Source: Isurus oxyrinchus | Taxonomy: Eukaryota | DNA length: 64,000 nt | Assembly (NCBI GenBank): GCA_026770705.1 | Contig: JANJGN010000026.1 | Coordinates: forward strand, 29,574,001-29,638,000 | Direction: 5' to 3' | Shown here: in pieces, positions 11,417 through 24,060 of the stretch | How positions within the stretch are numbered: the stretch's first letter is position 1 | Layout: every line of letters begins with the position of its first letter | Translations under genes and position numbers: made by a program | Notes under the pieces: model-generated | What the model was told of the DNA's origin: nothing | Database searches by the model: none | The model's input: only the letters and a program-made list of their open reading frames with translations

Positions 11417-11855
11417 TGCAACATGATGGAGTTCCTCTCCACTGTCTTTTGGGATTGGTATTATGACTGTTACGATTATAAAAATCCGAGGGCCGGCCAT
11501 TGAGCTCAATTAGAAAATGTATATGCAGGAGAAACCTTTAAATGAAGCCTCAGTAAAGAGATGCATATATAGACAGAGTAAAATGAGGGCTAAACACGCA
11601 AGCCGGAATGAGTAAGAGAGAAAGGAAAAGCTTTGTTAGAACACTGGACCAGGAAAAGGAGAGAAAGGCAAGGTGGAAAATTGAAAGTTAAGCTACAGGA
11701 AGCAGGAGATGATGTTTTCACTGTTTCGGCTTCAGTGTTAGGAAGTGAACAACGTCCAGTAACTTTGTTGAACAAACGGATTACAGAAAGACTTACAATA
11801 AAGGCATTGCTTTGAAATTGGTGTCACTGTTTTTTATATGTTCTTATATCATTGT

Positions 11856-12265
11856 CAGCCCTAGTTCAGTTGGTGCTGCGCTCTCATCAGAATGACAATG
11901 TTCCCGGGTTCAATCTCACTCCAGGACTTAACTAAAAATTCAAAGCTGACAGTCAGGTGCATTTCTGAAGGAGGTGACATCTTTCAGGTGAAACATGAAA
12001 ACGAGACGGCATCTCCCTGCTCCGGTGATTGTTAAATACCTCGTGGTACAACTTCCAAGAATAGCGTTGGAATTATCCAATGTTTATCCTCCAGGTTATC
12101 TCGTCATTACCAAATTTCTGTATGTGGGAGATTGCCAATTGGAAATTGGCTGTTGAAGTTCCTACATTACAACAGTGACCCCGCTTTCAAAAATACTTCA
12201 GTGCTGTTAAATGCTTTGAGGCGTCCAGTAATCATGAAACGTGCTAAATAAATGAAAACCTTTCC
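11856..12265 (+). mobile_element. Old tRNA-derived SINE (DeuSINE/SacSINE1-like)
   Basis: tRNA-like head (tagttcagttggt...gggttcaatctc), Deu-like core and L2-type tail. Reverse copy near 60210-60560. Family name is from recall. Confidence 0.6.
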
Positions 12266-12649
12266 TTATTTGTTGTTTTGATTAACGTTTATCCATGTGG
12301 TTATTAAGGTTGACAGATTGGAAACATCAGCACAAAACATTGCACCCATCCGGGATAGTCCAGGAGCTCAAAGTACAAAATAAAATATTAGGTTTGGAGT
12401 AGTCAAATTCCAATTACACAGATAGTGGGTACTCAGTGTGGGGTATGGATTCAATTAGAGAGCAGGAGAAAAAAATCACTGAAATTGTTGGATGCCACAT
12501 TGGAAGGTGGGGATTTGGATATCTCGGGATCAGTGAACCACAGGAGGGAATAGCTTTTCTTAATTGCAACAGTCATGGAAGCTGCAAACTGTGGGAATTT
12601 GGTGTCAAAAAAGCACCACGCAATTGGCTGTAGGAGCCACAAGGAGGGG

Positions 12650-13450
12650 ATGTGAAACTGTGAGAAATACTGGTGATCATTGAGCGAAGATAGTTGGCCT
12701 CTCTGACAAATACTGCGTGTGGCTGGCTCAGCGTGAGCTCAGAGAGTGTGAGCTGCTCTCAGTGAGAAACACTGAGTGTGGACGGCCCGGTGTGAGCTCA
12801 GAGAGTGTGAATTGGCCTCAGTGAGTAACATTGAGTGTGGGCGGCCCGATGTGAGCTCAGACAGTGCGAGCTGGTCTCAGTGAGAAACATTGCGTGTGCG
12901 TGGCCCGGTATGAGCTCAGAGAGTGTGAGCTGGTCTCAGTGAGAAACATTGAGTGTGGGCGGCCCGGTGTGAGCTCAGACAGTGTGAATTAGTCTCAGTG
13001 AGAAACATTGAGTGTGCGTGGCCCGGTATGAGCTCAGAGAGTGCGAGCTGGTCTCAGTGAGAAACATTGAGTGTGGGTGGCCCGGTGTGAGCTCAGACAG
13101 TTTGAATTAGTCTCAGTGAGAAACATTGAGTGTGCGTGGCCCGGTGTGAGCTCAGAGAGTGTGAGCTGGTCTCAGTGAGAAACACTGAGTGTGGGCGGCC
13201 TGGTGTGAGCTCAGAGAGTGTGAGCTGGTCTCAGTGAGACACACTGAGTCTGGGCATCCTGGTGTGAGCTCAGAGAGTGTGAACTGGTCTCAGCGAGAAA
13301 CACTGAGTGTGGGCGGCCCAGTGTGAGCTCAGAGAGTGTGAGCTGGTCTCAGTGAGAAACACTGAGCGTGGGCGTCCAGCTTTGAGCTCGCAGAGTGTGA
13401 ACTGGTGTCCTGCAGAAAGACTGAGTGTGGGGTACCGCTTGTGAGCTCAG
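12650..13450 (+). repeat. 59-bp minisatellite, about 13 copies
   Basis: Consensus gagctcagagagtgtgagctggtctcagtgagaaacactgagtgtgggcggcccggtgt; unit starts every 59 bp from 12735 to 13443. Confidence 0.95.
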
Positions 13451-13666
13451 AGGCAGTGTGGGAGGGAAGGGGAGGGTGTGGTAGGATAGTGGCCCGGGAA
13501 CATGTACACTCTGAGAACAGGTTCTTCGGTTTTTCTCTTCGAAAATACCTCTGATCTGGACCTGAAGCGGTTGATTGGCTGTTTGTTAATCCTCTTGAAT
13601 TAATATCTGGTTCGAACCCGGCCTCTGTGGAGAATTCTTTCCACCAGCATTTCACCTGGTCAAATA

Positions 13667-14034
13667 ATGTTGCGGATTTACTGAGTTATCGTGCTGCTTT
13701 ACACACTTCCCTGAACGGACAAGTGAAGATGACGTGGTGCAGCTCCCTGGGCGGCTGGTTCTCAGTGAAGCTGGAATCACATCCATGAGCTGCTCGGCTA
13801 CCACTGCGTTCACCACCCTGCACTGGAACAACCATCGCCCGAATCAGCCCCTCCAGCATCTGGTGATGGCTACAAGTGGGACCGATCAACAAGGAAGGAT
13901 CACTGCTGCAATCTGGGGAGGCACTAAATTCAGTAACATGACAGTGAGGGCTGCGTGAGTGACAGACAGCACCACCTATCTCTGTGCCGTGATGCCAAAG
14001 TGTAACAAACAGGCGGAGAGTCTGTACAGAAATC
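13667..14034 (+). pseudogene. Intronless leader-V pseudogene (paralog of 17054-17386)
   Basis: MLRIY*..., VQLPGRLVLSEAGITSMSC...W...QHLVMATSGTDQQGRITA...*VTDSTTYLCAV. RSS CAAAGTG 13996, 23-bp spacer, ACAGAAATC 14026. Confidence 0.85.
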
Positions 14035-14624
14035 CACACCCAGTGGGGGAGCTGCTCTGCTGTGTTTTGGGGTATCCGGTAATAATAATGGAAAGCTATA
14101 GCGAATGAGCATAAAATAGAAAATAGTGAAGCTACAGAGTTCAAAAAGTGTGAAACAAAGAGAATTGGAAACACAGACAGGGACAACTGAAGAGCAAACA
14201 TAAAAGAAAAATGAGTGAGGGCGAAGGGTAGAAAACTTTGCTAAATGAGCATAATTTTCAAAACACGATTAGGTTGAAACCCATTTGGGAATACGTTTTA
14301 AGCTAAGGATTTACTTCTGAACACAAGCAATCTGAGTTGTGCCCATGACATTGTCTGTGTGCATGTGTGTGTTTGTGCTTGTGTGTGTGCACGTGTGTGT
14401 GTGTGAGTGTGTGTGTGTGCTGTGGCCAATGAGGATAAGACAGGATCCTCACACATCCTCTAGGTCTTTGGCTGAGGTATCAGGGACAAAGCAAAACTGC
14501 ACAAGAGACTGCTTCCTGGGCCACATGTAGTGATGATTCACGCTAACAGCGCCAATGGCCACAAGTGGCTGATTGAAACCGGACTCTTGTCTGAAGCAGG
14601 AACTGATGAGGACCCGCTGTGCTG

Positions 14625-14770
14625 AGAGAGGTGGGGCGGGAGCGCGGGGGGAGGGGGGGAGATAGGGAGGCGGGGCGGCGAGGCGGCTGGGAGGCAGGAC
14701 GGTGGGCGGGGAGGCGGGGAGGTGGGGTAGCGGGGCCGTGGCACGAGGGGTGGGGGGGCGGGTGGGATGT
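14625..14770 (+). repeat. G-rich low-complexity tract
   Basis: More than 12 runs of G3 or longer. Confidence 0.8.
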
Positions 14771-15509
14771 CTCACTGAAGGAGCGATTCTTTCATTTGGC
14801 TGTGGGAGGTTTTTAATTGAAGAAAGTAACTCAGTTTTCGGCCAGGAGAATATTGGTCCTGTGAAACAGTTTGTTTGAATCTGCATTTGGAAAACCACAA
14901 CAGCACGTGTTGTTTTTGGGAAGTTGTAGATTGTACTTCTGTTTGAACTAAAAGGCAATTTCTTAACTTGGGTAAAATGTCCTGAATATTTCAGTTGAGA
15001 CTCTATAAGAGCAATTGCCAAAAAGATGGTTTCATTGTGGAGCTTTGGTGAAAATTAAATTGAAGTGAGAGCTCGTTATTTCGATCTGTCAAATTGTTTG
15101 TTCAGGAACAACATATATCATTGTTCTAATATGAAGAGCCCATAAATATCTCCGAAGAATTATGGAATCATACTTCGACAATTGGTTCACTGATCTGACA
15201 GGAAAATATGACTGAAGTCACAGTTAGCAGCATCATATTGGTGAAACTGCTAGAATGTAAGAGGGAGAATTAACACTAGAATAAGTCAAAGTCAGTCATA
15301 ATCTCATGTTTCCAATCACAATAACCAATCAATGAATTCTGTCGCCTCCCACCACCCCGCACCCCCACCTCACCCTGACGCACACGACCCCAAAGTTTCT
15401 AACAACGAAACCATTACGCCTATGAGAACACTGACTGTTGCCCAATGCGAGGTGTTTGCACTTACTGACAACCAGATCACCACGGTCCGGACTCACAGTA
15501 CTACTGAAG

Positions 15510-16330
15510 ATAGAGGAAAGTGAGGTGAGAGCATCCTGAGACACAGCAATAGGTCATTGAGAGCGAGGATGGAAAAAGCGGCCTTCAAATATCTAACTCC
15601 TCTTTTACAGAGCGGACAGTGACAATGTGGCGACTCAGCATCTGGCCTGCGTCAGGCAGCTGAAGCCTTGAAATATTTCAACTGATGAATTTAGTCGAGG
15701 TTCAGGAGATCTGGAGAAAAACGGACTTTGGCAAAATCTGCGTCATCCAAATTACCAAAAGAATATTTCCACAGTAGAAACTCGGGCTGCGTGTCTGAGT
15801 ATTGCTGGTAATGGTATAAATTATATCTGTTCGATGTAGTATCATATATACAGCAGCGGAGCGCGACTGACTAATATAATCCCCATGAATTATATTTGAA
15901 AAACAGGGCCCAACAGGAAAAGAATATCGACTCACGGTTGTTTAAAATTCAAACTAAATCCATACTTGGGAAATTAGAGGTAAAATAAAACTTGGTTAGT
16001 CCAGATTTACCCTTCAGTAATGATGCCTGCGGTGCATGACTGCTCTCCCTTCAACACAGAGTTGTGGAAAGCAGTTCCACACCTCCACAAAAAAACCGCT
16101 TTGGCCTGTGTGTCTGAGCTCCCACCTGTTGGCGGGTGTGCGCAACCGCACCAATGAAACATCTCAGACAAGATGCGAGAGGAAACCAAATAAACCGAGG
16201 ATAAAGCTGTTATCAACAGTTTCCAGGAGGGGCCGAGAGAACAAACTTCAGAATCCAATCGGAGCGACACCATTGATCAATCTGCCAGTTAAACTTTCTT
16301 TCCTGTTTCTAATCAACTAGTTCTGTCAAT
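15510..16330 (+). pseudogene. Highly decayed V remnant (family of the 29-kb V)
   Basis: Promoter and leader start (ttttacagagcggacagtgacaATG) match 28940-28975. RSS-like cacagag...acaaaaaaa at about 16055-16095. The 3' flank matches 30020-30115 and 35860-36010. Confidence 0.55.
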
Positions 16331-17014
16331 AAAATCAGAGATCTATGTTTAGATAATATCCAAGAAAGAGGCTGCTGAAACCCAACCTCCATTAAACCTG
16401 GGCGGCAGCATCTTACAGAGCCTGAGACTGGGGTCACGACAATGTGATAATCTACCGATCGCAAAGTGAATCGCGGAGCTGGAGGGAAGCGAACAAAGGG
16501 AAACTGAACAGAAGGGATTAATAGAAGTAAAAACAGAGAAACCAGAGAAAATAAAACGGAAAACTTATTAAAATGTATTCAATACAACAATGCAACTGAT
16601 TGAATGAAATTAAGATCTTGTCAATGCCCCTGAGTGAGGGTTGCCTCGGAGGATCAGCTCAGTGCCTGTCTGTCCTCAATGGCTAACTCCGTTTTTTTCT
16701 CCACCTTTCTCACTCTTTTCTTTCTATCTTTTTTACTGTCTGTTTCAATAGTTTCTTAAATATCTGTCCTGTTCAAATATTATTACTGCAGCTTTTCTCA
16801 GGCTCTTTTTCGCTACATGTTCTGCCCGACGTCTTCACTCTTCCTTTTCCACCGTCTATGTTTCCAGCTCTCTTTATTTCCGACTCTCTAAATATGTCTT
16901 CTATGTTTCATTTATTTTGGCTCTCATATCTCCTACCTTCCGATCATTTTATAACCGCGCCACTCGCAATGCTGAAAGTCCAAAAACAGTAGAGCGGCTG
17001 TCCCACTCGGTGTA

Positions 17015-17053
17015 GGTTTCTGTACGAGCTCCCCATATGTTTGTTACACTGTG
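17015..17053 (-). promoter_or_regulatory. 23-RSS
   Basis: CACAGTG, 23 bp, ACAGAAACC. Confidence 0.92.
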
Positions 17054-17386
17054 GCTCACAGCGCAGAGATAGGTGGCAGTGTCTGTAGCTTGGGTATCGC
17101 TCACAGTCAGGATACTGAGTTTGCTACCTTCACTGATTGAAGCCGTGATCCTCCCCTGTTGACCGGTTCCTCTTGTGGCCATTACCAGATACTGGGGTGG
17201 CTGATTCGGGAGCTGTCTGTACCAAGACACGAGGCTAAACGCTGTGCTGTGGGAGCAGTTCATGGTCACGTTTCCTGCTTCCCTAACGAACACCTGCCCA
17301 GGGAGATGCACCGCCTCATCCTTACCGGCCACCTCCGTGAATGTCAGAGTGAAAAACAGCAAACAGATTCTGTAAATTCTAAGCAT
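17054..17386 (-). CDS. TCR alpha/delta-type V segment, leader and V in one exon, apparently functional
   Basis: MLRIYRICLLFFTLTFTEVAG-KDEAVHLPGQVFVREAGNVTMNCSH...WYRQLP...DTATYLCAVS. Both Cys and the Trp are present, and the RSS follows directly. Confidence 0.92.
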
Positions 17387-18373
17387 TATCGAATCACATG
17401 AAATACCGGTTGTAACAATTGTCTCGGGAGGTCAGGTTAGAAGAAGGAGATGGATATCATATGCATCATAATTAACAAGAAGCTAAACACGGGCTTCAGG
17501 TCCAACTCAGAGCTACCTTATTGTCGATTGAACACAAGAAGCTCAGTCTTGGGGCTTACACGCCCATATTCAGCGTGTCACATTGACACCAGCTCACCCT
17601 GTCTGTGAGCTCGCACCCGTCCGCCCAGATTCAATTTTCTCATTGGTTCACATCGCTCTCTCATGGCATGTACCGGTAAGTGCGTGATTTCCCGCCAAGC
17701 TATAGTACACAAGATAGTTAGATAGACAAGTTAGAACAGTTATTCCCTCGTTCCTACTCTAGGTCTCTTATCGGGGGAGACCCTACATCACACCTTCAAC
17801 TGTAGCATCCAACGATTCCAGTGCATTCTTCTCTCGAATTCTGGCTGAAGCTTTAGTCCACATTGCGATAACTCAGTGTGACAACGGGAAGGTTTGCCCG
17901 AAAGTCTCCTTTCATATTGCGAACCCTTGTGCTTCCCCACTTGGTTGCAGTGCGAGCTATTTTTTCAAATATTAACAGCATGCCAACAGTAATAGCAGCA
18001 TTGACAACTCATTATAATGAATTACGTTAAATAATATAAAACACGCTGTGAATATTGAAATATTTTTGCTTCCACATGTGTTCCTTTGATGACATTTTCT
18101 TCAATAAAGTCACCGAACATTGTCCTCAGCCTGGAATTCGCCCCAACACTAAACACAACAGTCTCCCACTGCCCTCTGGTGGCGGTGACTGGAACTATAA
18201 GGTGCAGCTTTCGAGCACTTGTTAGCCTTCCGCATTCAAGGTTGCATTTAACAATTTTCCTACAGCATTTTTTTCTTCTTTCTATGTTTTCCCTTTGCAT
18301 TTTGGACGGAATCTGCTTTCCTTAGATACACCTCTTCAAAACCTACATTTCGTTCCTTTACTTGCCCCAACAC

Positions 18374-21300
18374 CATAAGACAATATGACCACAAGACAAA
18401 GGAGCAGACATGAGGCCATTCGGCCCATCGAGTCTGCTCTGCCGTTCAATCATGGCTGATAGCTTTCTCAACCTCATTCTCTCGCCTTCTCCCCGTAACC
18501 TTTGATCTCCTTACCAATCAAGAACCTATCTATCTTGGTCTTAAGTACATTCAATGACCTGGCCTCCACAGCCTTCTGTGGCAATGAATTCCATAGATTC
18601 ACCACTCTCTGGCTAAGGCGGTTTCTCCTCATTTCTGTTCCAAAAGGTCATCTCTTTACATTGAGGCTGCGCCCTCGGGTCCTAGTCTCTCCTACTAATG
18701 CAAATATCTTCCCCACGTCCACTCTATCCAGGCCTTTCAGCATTCTGTAAGTTTCAATCAGATCCCCCCCAACCTTCTAAACTCCATTGCGTATAGACCC
18801 AGAGTCCTCAAACGTTCTTCATATGTTAAGTCTTTTATTCCTGGAATCGTTCTCGTGAACCTCATCTGGATGCTCTCCAGGGCCAGCATATCCTTCTGAG
18901 ATATGGGGCCCAAAATTGCTCACAATATTCTAAATGTGGTCTGACCAGAGCCTTATAAAGCCTCAGCAGCACATCCCTGCTTTTACATTCTAGTCCTCTC
19001 GAAATAAATGCCAACATTGCATTTGCCTTCCTAACTACTGACTCAACCTGCAAGTTAACTTTAAAAGAATCCTGGACTAGGACTCCAAAGTCACTTTGCA
19101 CTCCAGAGTTCTGAACTCTGTCCCCATTTAGAAAATGGTCCATGCCTCTATTCTTCCTACCAAAGTTCATGACCTCACACTTCCTCACGTTGTATTGCAT
19201 CTGCCACTTCTTTGCCCATTCTCCTAACCTGTCCAAATCCTTCTGCAGCCTTCCCACCTCCTCAATACTACCTGTCCCTCCACCTAGCTTTGTATCATCT
19301 ACAAACTTAGCCAGAATGCCCTCAGTTCCTTCATCTAGATCATTAATGTATAAAGTGAAAAATGGTCCCAACACTGACCTCTGCGGAACTCCATCAGTCA
19401 CCGGTCGACATCCTGAGAAGGACCCACTTATCACCACTCTCTGTCTCCTGCCAGAGAGCCAATCTTCTATCCATGCTAGTACTTTGCCTCTAACACCATG
19501 GGCCCTTTTGTTATTGAGCAGCCTCCTGTGCCGCACCTTGTCAAAGGCCTTCTGGAAGTCCAAGTAGATAACATCCATTGGCTCTTCCTTGTCTAACCGA
19601 CTCGTTACTTCCTGAAAGATTTCTAACAGATTTGTCAGGCATGACCTCCCCTTGATGAAACCATGCTGACTTTGCCCTATTTTACCATGCACTTCCAAGT
19701 ATTCTGCAATCTCATTCTTAATAATGGACTCTAAAATCTTATCAACGACCGAGGTCAGGCTAATCGGCCTGCAATTTCCCGTCTTTTGCCTCACTCCCTT
19801 CTTAAACAGGGAGGATACATTAGCAATTTTCCAGTTCTCTGGGATGCTCTCTGACTCGCGTGATTCCTGAAAGATCAGCACTAATGCCTCCACTATCTCT
19901 TCAGCTATATCCTTCAGAAATCTGGGGTGTAGTCCATCTGGTGCAGTTGATTTATCCAGCTTCAGACTTTTCAGTTTTCCTAGCACCTTCTCCTTGGTAA
20001 TGGCCACCATACTACCCCTGCCCCCCGACTGTCCTGAACTTTGGGGATGTTACTCGTGTCTTACACCGTGAAGAATGATGCAAAGTACCTACTCAGTTCC
20101 TCCACCATTTCTTTGTTCCCCACTACTACTTTTCCAGCGTCATTTTCCAGCGGCCCAATGTCCACTTTTGCCTCTCTCTTACCCTTCATAAATCTAAAAA
20201 AAATCATCTTGCAATCTTCTTTTATATTACTGGCTAGTTTACCCTCATAGTTAATCTTCTCCCTCCTTATTTCTTTTTTAGTTGTCCTCTGTTGGTCTTT
20301 GTAGGCTTCCCAATCCCCTGGTTTCCCATTGCTCTTAGTCGTGTTGTGTGCTTTCTCTTTAGCTTTTATGCTGTCTCTGACATCCCTTGTCAGCCATGGT
20401 TGCCTCGTCCTCCCTTTAGTATGCTTCTTCTTTCTAATGATGATTTTTTGCTGTGTCTCCAAAATTACTCTCAGAACCTCCTGCAATTGCTGTTCCACTG
20501 TCTTTCCTGCTGGTCCCATCTCCCAGTCAATTCTGGCCAGCTCCTCCCTCATGCCTCTGTAGTTGCCTTTATTCAACTGGAATGCTGTTCCAGCTTTTTC
20601 CTCTCAAATTGCAGGGTAAATTCTATCATATTATGGTCACGTCCTCCTAAGGGTTCCTTCACCTTAAGCACTCTTATCAAATCTGTCTCATTTCACATAC
20701 TAAATCTAGAATTGCCTGTTCCCTAGTGGGGTCCACCACAAGCTGCTCCAAACAGCCATCTCATAGACAATCCACAAATTCCTTTCCTTGGGATCCACTA
20801 CCAACCTAATTTTCCCAGTCTACCTGCATATTGAAATCCCCCATGATCACTGTAACCTTGCCTTTCTTACACGCCTTTTCTGTCTCCTGCTGTATCTTGT
20901 GCCCCACATTCTGACCACTGTTCAGAGGCCTGTACATAACTCCTATTATGTTTTATTTTACCATTGTGATTCCTCAATTCTACCCACACAGATTCCACAT
21001 CATCTGACCCCACGTTGTTTCCTGCTATCGATTTAATTTCATTTCTTACTAACAAAGCAACCCCACCACCTCTTGTAACCTGCCTTTCTTTTCGATAAGA
21101 TGTATATCCTTGGATATTTAGCCCACAGTCCTGATTCCCATGCAGCCAGGTCTCCGTGATGCCCACCACATCATACCTGCCAATTTCAATCTGCGCCACA
21201 AGCTCATTTACCTCATTTCGTATACTGCGTGCATTCAGATACAACACCTTCAGTCCTGTATTTCCCGTCCCCTTTCTCATTGTCGTCCCTTTATCTGATG

Positions 21301-22135
21301 TGTTGAAAGTTAGATTCCTAGCCTTTTCCAAACACTCTGTCCTATTTTGTGTTCTGCAGAATTTAATAGCCTCTCCTGGGCTCTCCTTTCTTTTCAGTTT
21401 TTTCATAATTTTCCATGAAGTTGAATCCACCCCCCCCCCCAACATGCTAAACTGCTGCTTTGTTTCCCATTAGTCATACTTCTTGGGGTTTTACCCTTCC
21501 GTTCCCCTCCTCTTTCTAGTTGAAAGTTCTGTTGACCACCCAATTTACCCTGGGAACATTGGTCCCAGATCGGTTCAGGTGGAGACCTTCCCAACGGTAC
21601 AGATGTCTCCATGCCAGTGCCCCACGAAATGGAACCCCTCTTTCCCGCACCACTCCCTTAGCCACGTGTCTACTTCCCTTATTCTCGCGTCTCTATGCCA
21701 ATTTGCACGTGGCTCGTGTAGTTATCTGGAGATTATAACCCTTGAGGACCTGTTCTTTAAAGTATTTCCTAATTCCTGATAATCCCCAAACAGGTCCTCT
21801 TTCCTTGTTTTATCTAAATTATTTATCCCGACGTGGACAACAACAAATGGATCCTCCCCTCCCCCTCCAATATCCTTTCAAGCTGGTTAGAGTCGTCCCT
21901 TACCCAGGCACCGGGCCGGCAACATACCAAGCATGACTCTCGATCCTGCTTACAAAGGATGGTATCAATTCCCTTAATTGTAGAATCCCTTACAAATACC
22001 ACTTGTCTTTTTGCTCCCCCCTCTTGAATGGCTTTCTTTGCCACGGTGCCGTGGTCAGCTGGCTCATCCTCCCTACAGCCCTGTTCCTCATCCACATAGG
22101 GTGCAATTACCTCGTACCTGTTGGGAAAGGTCAAG
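18374..22135 (-). mobile_element. CR1-clade LINE, long copy with frameshifts (ORF1 esterase, ORF2 endonuclease plus RT)
   Basis: ORF1 RQVVFVRDSTIKGID...CRPGAWVRD; endonuclease LKVLYLNARSIRN...DVVGITETWL; RT DVIYLDFQKAFDKV...GVPQRSVLGP...KFVDDTK; (tcttatg)-type 3' tail near 18374. Confidence 0.93.
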
Positions 22136-23239
22136 AGCTAGAGCACACAACAGAATGGGTATCAAAAAATTATTACAGTATTAAACAATCTACAATTAGA
22201 ATACATGAACTGTTTGAGTTTTAACACATTCAGTGAAGGCGGGATGGGCCGAAGGTTATCATTGAGAGAAATGAAGTATAATTGTTAAAAAATAGTTTCC
22301 CTGAAGAGATTAATTAGAAAATAAGAGATTTAAAATAAAAAGGGGAATGTCTCAGAGAGAGAAAGGGAAAGAGGAAGGCAGCATTGAGAGAGAGAGAGAG
22401 AAAGAGAGCGAGTGAGAACAAAGTGGTTCAGTAAATTAGCCGCTTTCTCAGACAGAAAGAAGAGGGAAATTAAAAGATTTTTCTGACAGCGATGACCACC
22501 TCAGCAACGGAATGGCCAATATGACACGAATTTCCAAACAAGAATGCATAACAGAAAATGATATCAATAAAAATTGTCGGTATTGAAAGATCTGCAGTTA
22601 CAGTTTGAAGAAGAGAAAATAAAATGCTGAAACATTCTGGTGAAGATAAATCTTATATATTTGTGGAATGACAGTGGAAGCATGAAAAATGATTTGTTTC
22701 TATACAAACACACAGAACAGGCGATATCTGAAATGTAATTCCGTTGATGCACTGAAACTGAATATCAGGCGCTGCGCAAAACGGATGGCCACTCCGATAC
22801 CACCCGGTTTAGGCCAAAGCCACAGGCAAATTACGAGCACAACATCTTTACTTATAATATTATCTGTCCATCTCACAGGGGCGTAGACTAATACAGTAAT
22901 AACTGAGACTGGGTGTAGTATAATATAAGCAGAGAAATGGGCTAGTGCAGTAATAACAGAAACAGGGACTAGTGTTATAATAACAGATACAGGGCCCATT
23001 GCAGCTTTAACTGATTTAGGAAACTGTGTGATATAAACAGAGACATAAACTAATGAGAGAGATAGATCTATCTATTTAAAGATAGAGACATTGAATTATA
23101 AAGAAAGCTAGTTGAAACGAGAAAGAGACAGAATAATTGATTATGTGAGACAGAGCAGGGGAGCGAGAAAGACAGGCAGACACAGCCGGGGTGGAAGGTG
23201 ATTGGTCAGTGTCAGCTATACATTACCCTGAACCAACAG

Positions 23240-23450
23240 TAATTGGTGCAGAGCTGACTTCATATCTGAGAGACCAGCCAATCGTAGGGCTTAGAAGCGC
23301 CCATCAGTTCCCCAAGAAGAGAAAACTGCCTTTGGCATAAGACTCCAAGCGTCAACATATTTTAAACAGCTTGCTGTTTACTATCGAATCAGGAACCACG
23401 TGTTCCTTGTGTGCTTTACTAATAATAATGGTCGTACTGCACGGAGAGTC
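23240..23450 (+). pseudogene. Orphan V promoter plus dead leader (paralog of 33860-34090)
   Basis: Shared ctgagagaccagccaat block. The leader has ACG for ATG and GAGAGT for GTGAGT. Confidence 0.6.
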
Positions 23451-23639
23451 TGAGCTAAAATCCTCAGTGTGTGTTTCATGGGTTATATTTACTCACAGAT
23501 TTTGACACATTCTGTAAGCATTCACCTTTTAACTCTTTCAGGGATGAGCCAATCGGCTGCGAGGTCCGGCTGATACTCAACAACTTAAACAATTCTGGTG
23601 AAACTCACTGTGTTCAAATCTACCATCAGCTCCCCGAAC

Positions 23640-24060
23640 ATGCTGGGTGTTACTTTTTAATCATTCCTCGCAGCTGCAGCTCTCTTAACTGGTAAGATTG
23701 ACAAGTTACGCAATTTTCATCTTGATGGTGATACTGAGATAATAATCTTCCCTTTAACTGCCTTTTATCTGTATTTGCATATATCCCTTTAACTCAGTAA
23801 CAATTGGTTAAAATAAAAGTCTCATAAAAAGTTTAAGTTCTGTATTTCTAAATTTCTGCAGGTGTTCATGCTGCGGACTCTGTCTCGTAGGAGCCGGAGA
23901 GAGTGAAACAGTTTGATGGAGACTCGGTGAACATTAATTTCAGTTATGCGACCACTGCCGGTTTCTATTTCATACAACTGTACCGTCAGCACCGGGACCA
24001 GGCTCCCACACTCTTTATCTCCATCCCTTCTGCTGGGGATGTTTTCAGGGCAGAGGGCGT
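23640..24060 (+). pseudogene. Truncated TCR V pseudogene
   Basis: Leader MLGVTF*SFLAAAALLT G|GTAAG (23640-23691). V exon from 23862 reads VHAADSVS*EPERVKQFDGDSVNINFSYATTAGFYFIQLYRQHRDQAPTLFISI. No 3' end or RSS. Confidence 0.75.

Noticed and set aside
12650-13450. CRISPR-like array
   Set aside because: Contiguous tandem units without unique spacers, in a eukaryotic context.
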